A DNA stretch of 61,992 nt, counting the filler, from Candidatus Desantisbacteria bacterium CG1_02_49_89 (lineage in GTDB: Bacteria > Desantisbacteria > UBA1551), in assembly GCA_001871075.1 (NCBI GenBank). It is 7 parts of 7 records of this genome, joined end to end, with 100 filler letters (N's around TTAATTAATTAA, not from the genome) between each part and the next. Parts side by side here need not be neighbours in the genome. Positions count along the whole stretch, not along the records: positions 56,096 to 61,992 come from MNUP01000131.1; 6 more parts are not named here. One strand, written 5' to 3'. The translations under genes were made by a program, and so were the position numbers. Positions within the stretch are counted from its first letter, which is position 1, and the number at the start of each line of letters is the position of its first letter. This document shows positions 56,260 through 61,992 of the stretch, piece by piece. The notes below the pieces were generated by a model, which ran no database searches, was not told the origin of the DNA, and saw only the letters and a list, made by a program, of their open reading frames with translations.

Positions 56260-59200
56260 ATGGAGCACTGCGGGTTTGTGCATCTGCACACGCATACGGA
56301 ATACAGTCTTCTTGACGGTGCCTGCAAGATAGAGGCGTTGATGAAAAGGGCGAGTGAATTTAAGATGCCGGCGCTTGCGATCACCGATCACGGCAACCTT
56401 TTCGGAGCCATAGAGTTTTACCAGGCGGGATTGAAATACGGGGTCAAACCGGTGATAGGCTGCGAAATGTATATGGCGCCCGGAAGCAGGCACGAAAAGG
56501 CAGTCGACGCTGCAACCGGGGAAACCGCGCACCACCTGACAGTCCTTGTAAAAAACGAGAAGGGGTATAAGAATTTAATTAAGCTGATAAACCTGAGTTA
56601 TGCCGAAGGTTTCTATTACAAGCCCAGGATCGACCGGGAGATCCTTTTTTCTCACGCCGAAGGCCTGGTTATCCTTTCCGGATGCCTGAAAGGCGAGATA
56701 TCAAACCTTCTGCTGAAGGGCAGGATCGACGATGTAAGGAAAACGATAGGGGAATTCAGGGATAAGTTCGGCAAAGACTATTACATAGAAATACAGGACA
56801 ACGGGCTTACCGAGCAAAAAACCGTGCTGAAGCATCTCCTGGAACTGAGCAGGGATTTCTCGGTTCCGCCGGTCGCTACCAGCGACATACACTACCTGAA
56901 AAAGGAAGACAGCTATTCGCATGAAGTGCTCCTTTGCATACAGACCGTCACAAGCATGAACGACCCAAACAGGCTCAGGTTCTCAACACCTGAATTTTAT
57001 TTCAGGAGCGCCGAGGAAATGAAGGAAGTTTTTAAAGAATGCCCGGAAGCCATAACCAACACGGTGGCTGTCGCGGAATCCTGTAACCTTGCCTTTGATT
57101 TTTCGAAAACCTATCTTCCGCCTTATAATATACCGCAGGGTTATAAAGATGCGGACGATTATCTTGGGCACCTGTGCATGGACGGCCTGAAAAAAAGGTA
57201 CGGGGAAGTAACCGCAGAGATCGGATCAAGGGCAAAGAAAGAACTCGAAATAATTAAAACCACCGGTTTTGCCGGTTATTTTCTCATAGTTTGGGATTTC
57301 GTAAAATACGCGAAAGAGAACGGCATTTTTGTGGGCCCGGGAAGAGGGTCGGCTGTGGGCAGTATTGTTGTTTATTCCCTGGGTATCACCAACCTGGACC
57401 CGATTGAATACGGCCTGATCTTTGAAAGGTTCCTGAACCCGGAAAGGGTGAGCCCTCCGGACATAGACATGGATTTCGGCGACGACAGGAGGGACGAAGT
57501 CGTCCGGTATATCATCAACAGGTTCGGGGCGGATAAGGTTTCGCAGATCATAACCTTCGGCACAATGAAGCCGCGCCTTGCCATAAGGGATGTGGCAAGG
57601 GCGCTGGACATACCGCTTAACGAGGTAGACAAGTTGGCGAAGCTGATCCCTCTTGACGCGCCCAGCATTGAGGAAGCCCTGGAAAAAACGCCGGAACTCA
57701 GGAATATGGTCGATGGGGACAGCAGGTACGGGGAGCTCATCAAACTATCGTCAAAACTGCAGGGTCTGGTGCGCCACGCGGGGACACATGCCGCAGGCCT
57801 GGTCATCACACCGGAGAGCCTTGACAATTACACTCCTTTCTACAGGGACAGCAAGGGGCAGATAGCGACTCAGTATGACATGAATTACCTGGGTAAACTC
57901 GGGCTGATAAAGATAGATATACTCGGGTTGCGGAACCTGACGATCATAAAAGACGCTCTCGCGCTGATCAAGCAGAACAGGGGGGAGGATATAGGCATAG
58001 ACAGGATTCCGCTTGACGACCCCCGCACTTACAGACTGCTGCAGGATGCGAAGACCCTGGGAGTGTTCCAGATCGAATCCAGCGGTTTCCGGAGCCTGCT
58101 AAAGAAGTTCAAGATAGAAAAGTTCGATGACCTGATCGCCATACTTTCGCTGCACAGGCCCGGGCCGCTTGAGAGCGGCATGGTGGATGATTACATAAAC
58201 CGCAAGTACGGAAAGACTCCGATAGACTACATGCACCCTATGCTTGAAGATGTGCTTAAGGAAACATACGGCGTGATCGTTTACCAGGAGCAGGTAATGA
58301 AGATCGCGAACATCCTGGCGAACTTCAGCCTCGGTAAAGCTGACATTCTCCGAAAGGCCATGGGAAAAAAGATACCCGAGGAGATGGAAAGACAGCGCGA
58401 AGAGTTCGTGAAAGGGGCAAAGTCGAACAAAATATCAGAGGAAAAATCTAATAAGATCTTTAACCTTATTGCCAAATTCGCGGGATACGGCTTCAATAAA
58501 TCGCATTCAGCCGCGTATTCCCTTATTTCCTACCAGACTGCTTTTTTAAAGGCGAATTATCCGCTTGAATACATGACAAGCCTGCTGTCGAACGAAATGG
58601 GCAACACGGACAAGCTTGTAAAATATATCAACGAGACCAAGAACATGGGAATGGAATTGCTGCCCCCGGATTTGCAAAAAAGCGTGTTCAGGTTCGCGAC
58701 AGAAGGGGGCTCCGTGCGTTTCGGGCTGGGAGCGGTAAAAAATGTGGGAGAAGGAGCGGTTGAATCGATAGTGGGCGCAAGGCGTGAAGGAGGCATTTTT
58801 AAATCTCTTACTGATTTCTGTTCACGAGTGGATACAAGGCTCGTTAACAAAAAGGTCATAGAAAGCCTGGTCAAGTGCGGTGCTTTCGATCCCCTTGGGC
58901 TTTCAAGGGCAAGGCTTGTGGCTGAGATCGAGCCTGCCATGGGCGTGGGAGCGCGGGTGCAGAACGACAGGGTAAAAGGCCAGTATTCCCTGTTTGGGGA
59001 AGAGCCTTCATCTTCAGCTAACCCCGCCCCGACGTTACATCGGGGCGAGGTCTCGCCCGCCGCAGAGGCGGGCGGACAATCGTTTAATAATTCATCAGAA
59101 GAGGAGTGGAACGAGTCCAAGACGCTCGCCTGCGAAAAAGAGGTGCTTGGTTTTTACGTGAGCAGTCATCCTCTTGCGGATTACGAAGAGCAGATAAAAA

Positions 59201-59766
59201 GATACACTAACGCTTCGAGTTCTTCGCTGGCCGAAATGCTTTCCGGGAATGTTTCTTCTTTCAGGCGGAACACAGAGGTTAAAATAGCAGGCATTATAGT
59301 TTCCATCAAGAAACACACGGACCGCAAGGGGAACAGGATGGCTTTCCTGACGCTTGAGGATATGTGCGGGTCTGTGGAAGTGATCGTTTTTTCAGACATC
59401 TATGAAAAATACAGCCTTTATATCAGAAAAGATAATCCTGTGCTTGTCAGGGGGGAAGCAGACCTGACCCACGACATACCAAAGATACTCGCGAAGGAAT
59501 TCGTGTTGCTTGACGAGGCGCGGGAAAAATTCACGAAATCAGTGCGTATAAATCTGGGTTCGGCTGTCCTGGACGAAAAAGCAATAGGCGAGCTGAAGAA
59601 GATAATGCAGGAAAACAAGGGCAGCTGCCCGGTTTCCATACTTATGAGGTCAAAAGATGAAGACGTGACCATGTCTGTGGACGCCGATCTCTGCGTAAAC
59701 CCGTCCCGGCAGCTTATAGACGGGATCGACCGGCTGTTCGGCGGAAATGTCGTTACCCTCGAATAA
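56260..59766 (+). CDS. dnaE: DNA polymerase III alpha subunit
   Basis: FVHLHTHTEYSLLDG, GPGRGSA, FERFLNPERVSPPDIDMDF, YGFNKSH. Confidence 0.97.
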   Translation: MEHCGFVHLHTHTEYSLLDGACKIEALMKRASEFKMPALAITDHGNLFGAIEFYQAGLKYGVKPVIGCEMYMAPGSRHEKAVDAATGETAHHLTVLVKNEKGYKNLIKLINLSYAEGFYYKPRIDREILFSHAEGLVILSGCLKGEISNLLLKGRIDDVRKTIGEFRDKFGKDYYIEIQDNGLTEQKTVLKHLLELSRDFSVPPVATSDIHYLKKEDSYSHEVLLCIQTVTSMNDPNRLRFSTPEFYFRSAEEMKEVFKECPEAITNTVAVAESCNLAFDFSKTYLPPYNIPQGYKDADDYLGHLCMDGLKKRYGEVTAEIGSRAKKELEIIKTTGFAGYFLIVWDFVKYAKENGIFVGPGRGSAVGSIVVYSLGITNLDPIEYGLIFERFLNPERVSPPDIDMDFGDDRRDEVVRYIINRFGADKVSQIITFGTMKPRLAIRDVARALDIPLNEVDKLAKLIPLDAPSIEEALEKTPELRNMVDGDSRYGELIKLSSKLQGLVRHAGTHAAGLVITPESLDNYTPFYRDSKGQIATQYDMNYLGKLGLIKIDILGLRNLTIIKDALALIKQNRGEDIGIDRIPLDDPRTYRLLQDAKTLGVFQIESSGFRSLLKKFKIEKFDDLIAILSLHRPGPLESGMVDDYINRKYGKTPIDYMHPMLEDVLKETYGVIVYQEQVMKIANILANFSLGKADILRKAMGKKIPEEMERQREEFVKGAKSNKISEEKSNKIFNLIAKFAGYGFNKSHSAAYSLISYQTAFLKANYPLEYMTSLLSNEMGNTDKLVKYINETKNMGMELLPPDLQKSVFRFATEGGSVRFGLGAVKNVGEGAVESIVGARREGGIFKSLTDFCSRVDTRLVNKKVIESLVKCGAFDPLGLSRARLVAEIEPAMGVGARVQNDRVKGQYSLFGEEPSSSANPAPTLHRGEVSPAAEAGGQSFNNSSEEEWNESKTLACEKEVLGFYVSSHPLADYEEQIKRYTNASSSSLAEMLSGNVSSFRRNTEVKIAGIIVSIKKHTDRKGNRMAFLTLEDMCGSVEVIVFSDIYEKYSLYIRKDNPVLVRGEADLTHDIPKILAKEFVLLDEAREKFTKSVRINLGSAVLDEKAIGELKKIMQENKGSCPVSILMRSKDEDVTMSVDADLCVNPSRQLIDGIDRLFGGNVVTLE

Positions 59767-59913
59767 TATTAACCACAGATGAATACGGGTGAACACAGTT
59801 GTAATTCAAGGCTTTAGCCTTGATATCAAAACTAAAGTTTTGAGTTACTTTAACCTGGAAAAAACAATGTTCACCTGTGGTAAAAATATATATTGTTCCG
59901 GGAGGAGAATTAT

Positions 59914-60627
59914 ATGAAGAAAACCGGATTTGTATTAATTGCTTTACTTTTATTCGTTCCTGTGGTGGTATTTGGTCAGATGGGGCTGCCTTCTGAGTTG
60001 ATCGACATCCCGACTGCCTACGCGATGCAGAGAGGCGACCTTTCCCTGGATTTCCGCGTGTATGACGGCGGAGGCGTCCTGACAAAAGTGCAGCTTGGCA
60101 TAGTTGACATGCTTTCCCTTGGGCTTTCTTTAAGCGTGGACGGGTTGATAGGCTCCGGGCAGCTGGGTATTCCTATGGGAAGGCCCGGCATAATCGCAAA
60201 GATCAGGATCGTTGACGAGATGACCATGAAAGCCTGGCCCACGATCGCGATAGGCTATGATGATTCAGAATACGGCAATTTTTTCGGAAAAGGCGTTTAC
60301 GGCATGGTCAGCAAGGAATTCGCAATGGGCAAGATGTTCTTTCACGCGCACGGCGGCCTGAACAAGCCGCTTGGCGGGGGCACGGAAAGCATCGTGGCGG
60401 GAATATTCCTGGGAGCTGACTTCTTCTTTATACCGCAATTCTCCCTGATAGCGGAGATCGAGCCTGCTTCCCGGAGGGACGGGGCACAGTTTATCAGCTA
60501 TAATTTTGGGTTCCAGTACATGCCTATACCCAATTTCAGGGCCGGGTTCTTCACGAAAACACGCATCGGTACCGTGAACAGCTTCATAAAGGAGATCCAT
60601 GTCGGTTACATCACCAAGCTATTTTAA
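59914..60627 (+). CDS. Putative outer-membrane protein (YjbH-like)
   Basis: Signal peptide, LIDIPTA motif, beta-strand pattern, terminal Phe. Confidence 0.6.
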   Translation: MKKTGFVLIALLLFVPVVVFGQMGLPSELIDIPTAYAMQRGDLSLDFRVYDGGGVLTKVQLGIVDMLSLGLSLSVDGLIGSGQLGIPMGRPGIIAKIRIVDEMTMKAWPTIAIGYDDSEYGNFFGKGVYGMVSKEFAMGKMFFHAHGGLNKPLGGGTESIVAGIFLGADFFFIPQFSLIAEIEPASRRDGAQFISYNFGFQYMPIPNFRAGFFTKTRIGTVNSFIKEIHVGYITKLF

Positions 60628-60747
60628 ATACGATTACAGTGATTCCAAAAGAGATTACAGTGATTATTTTAAATTACCGTGATTAACTTTTTAATAATCA
60701 CCGTAATCATCAGTTGAAAATCACCGTAATCGTTCCTAAGGAAAAAG

Positions 60748-61704
60748 ATGAACAACGAGCTGGATTTTGAAAAACCTATTGCCGATATCGAGAAGCGCAT
60801 ACTGGAGCTTAAGAGTTTCGCCAGAGAAAAAAAGGTAGATTTTACCAAAGAGATAGGCGAGCTCGAAAAGAAAGCGCGCGAACTGAAAAAAGAGGTTTTC
60901 ACCGGCCTTACGGCCTGGCAGAGGACCCTTCTCGCGCGCCACATAAAAAAGCCCACGATGCTTGATTACATTGAGATGATATTCTCGGATTTCGTTGAGC
61001 TGCACGGTGACAGATATTTCGGTGATGACAGGGCGCTTATCGGGGGCCTGGGGAAACTTGAAGGCGAGAGCGTCGTGCTCATAGGCTACCAGAAAGGCAG
61101 GGATACGAAAGAAAACCTTCAGAGGAACTTCGGGATGGCGCACCCCGAGGGTTTCAGGAAATCGCTGAGACTGCTGAAGCTTGCTGAGAAGTTCAGGAAA
61201 CCCGTAATAAGTTTTATAGACACACCCGGGGCTTATCCGGGGCTTGAAGCTGAGGAAAGGGGGCAATTCGAGGCGATTGCAAGAAATTTAAGGGAAATGT
61301 CAAGTATAGCCACCCCTATTGTAGTTGTTGTGATAGGTGAGGGAGGAAGCGGCGGCGCGCTGGCGATAGGGATCGGGGACAGGGTCCTGATGATGGAGAA
61401 TGCGGTTTATTTTGTCTGCACTCCCGAGGCCTGCAGCGCGATACTATGGCGGGATTCCGCGAAGGCGGGTATCGCCGCCGAAGCGTCCAAGATCACGGCG
61501 CAATCTCTCATTGAACTCGGTGTTATCGACGGAATAATCCCGGAGCCGCTTGGGGGCGCGCACAGGGACCCGGCTGTTGCGGCAGAAGGGCTGAAAAAGG
61601 CGCTGGTGAAAGCCGTTTCTGAGCTTAAAGGCATACCTGCCGAGGAACTCGTCAGGCAGAGATACGGAAAATTCCGCAAAATGGGAGTCTTTACAGAAAC
61701 CTAA
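60748..61704 (+). CDS. accA: Acetyl-CoA carboxylase carboxyltransferase alpha
   Basis: LDFEKPI, ELHGDR, NFGM, DTPGAYPG, GEGGSGGA. Confidence 0.96.
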   Translation: MNNELDFEKPIADIEKRILELKSFAREKKVDFTKEIGELEKKARELKKEVFTGLTAWQRTLLARHIKKPTMLDYIEMIFSDFVELHGDRYFGDDRALIGGLGKLEGESVVLIGYQKGRDTKENLQRNFGMAHPEGFRKSLRLLKLAEKFRKPVISFIDTPGAYPGLEAEERGQFEAIARNLREMSSIATPIVVVVIGEGGSGGALAIGIGDRVLMMENAVYFVCTPEACSAILWRDSAKAGIAAEASKITAQSLIELGVIDGIIPEPLGGAHRDPAVAAEGLKKALVKAVSELKGIPAEELVRQRYGKFRKMGVFTET

Positions 61705-61811
61705 TAAAAGCGTGTCAACGTGTCAGCGTGTCAGCGTGTCCCGCCCCGATTTATCATCGGGGCGAGGCTCGCCCAGTTTTAACTGGGCGGCAGCGTGTCA
61801 GAGTAAAAGAA

Positions 61812-61992
61812 ATGAGCAATAATAAAGGATACAAGAAGCTCAAAATATGGGAAAGAGCTCATGTCCTGGCAACAGAAGTTTATAAAGTCACAATGGGTTT
61901 TCCGAAAGAGGAATTATACGGCATTACATCTCAGATCAGGCGGGCTGCTTTTTCAGTCCCCCTCAATATAACAGAAGGGCAGGCAATCAGCA
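61812..61992 (+). CDS. Second four-helix-bundle (IVP/Avd-like) protein, 3' truncated
   Basis: MSNNKGYKKLKIWERAH...FPKEELYGITSQIRRAAFSVPLNITEG; preceded by a (CGTGTCAR)n array. Confidence 0.9.
   Translation, partial: MSNNKGYKKLKIWERAHVLATEVYKVTMGFPKEELYGITSQIRRAAFSVPLNITEGQAIS

Noticed and set aside
56260-59766. Intein in dnaE, or inteins explaining the gltX and leuC-like insertions
   Set aside because: The insertions are far too short and lack C/S...HN splicing motifs.

Overview
The window is a concatenation of seven contigs from a draft or metagenome-assembled bacterial genome. The six 100-bp N-linkers contain TTAATTAATTAA and are artificial, so adjacency across them is meaningless. The organism is probably a diderm (several outer-membrane-type proteins); its lineage cannot be fixed from this window. 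Ordinary content: a moxR/bat operon, a partial glycoside hydrolase, gltX, tRNA-Gln/Glu/Ser, an arginine-to-spermidine cluster, PilS/PilR-like-pgsA-cinA-degP, minor type IV pilins under a GEMM-I riboswitch, LeuC/LeuD-like + IDH-like + malic enzyme, spoVG-ispE-pgi/pmi, two DUF362 paralogs, dnaE and accA. Accessory content: XRE+ImmA/IrrE, a type IIG/ISP-like methylase, AbrB-VapC, HicA, a PIN pseudogene, two RAYT transposases, two four-helix-bundle (IVP/Avd-like) genes and a GxxExxY gene. The striking feature is a layered population of tiny repeat elements. (1) Four-helix-bundle and GxxExxY genes are bracketed by inverted 7-9-mer repeat arms; gene-less versions occur at many intergenic junctions, and arms sit inside signal peptides of unrelated genes. 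(2) GTAG/GTAA REPs lie next to the RAYT genes and throughout the window. (3) 25-50-bp hairpin micro-elements insert without target duplication into REP loops, into repeat arms and in-frame into gltX, the leuC-like gene and dnaE. (4) Both copies of a TGT-ended MITE sit exactly 16 bp upstream of a TTGACA -35 box. All protein calls come from motif recognition by eye; no database search was run.
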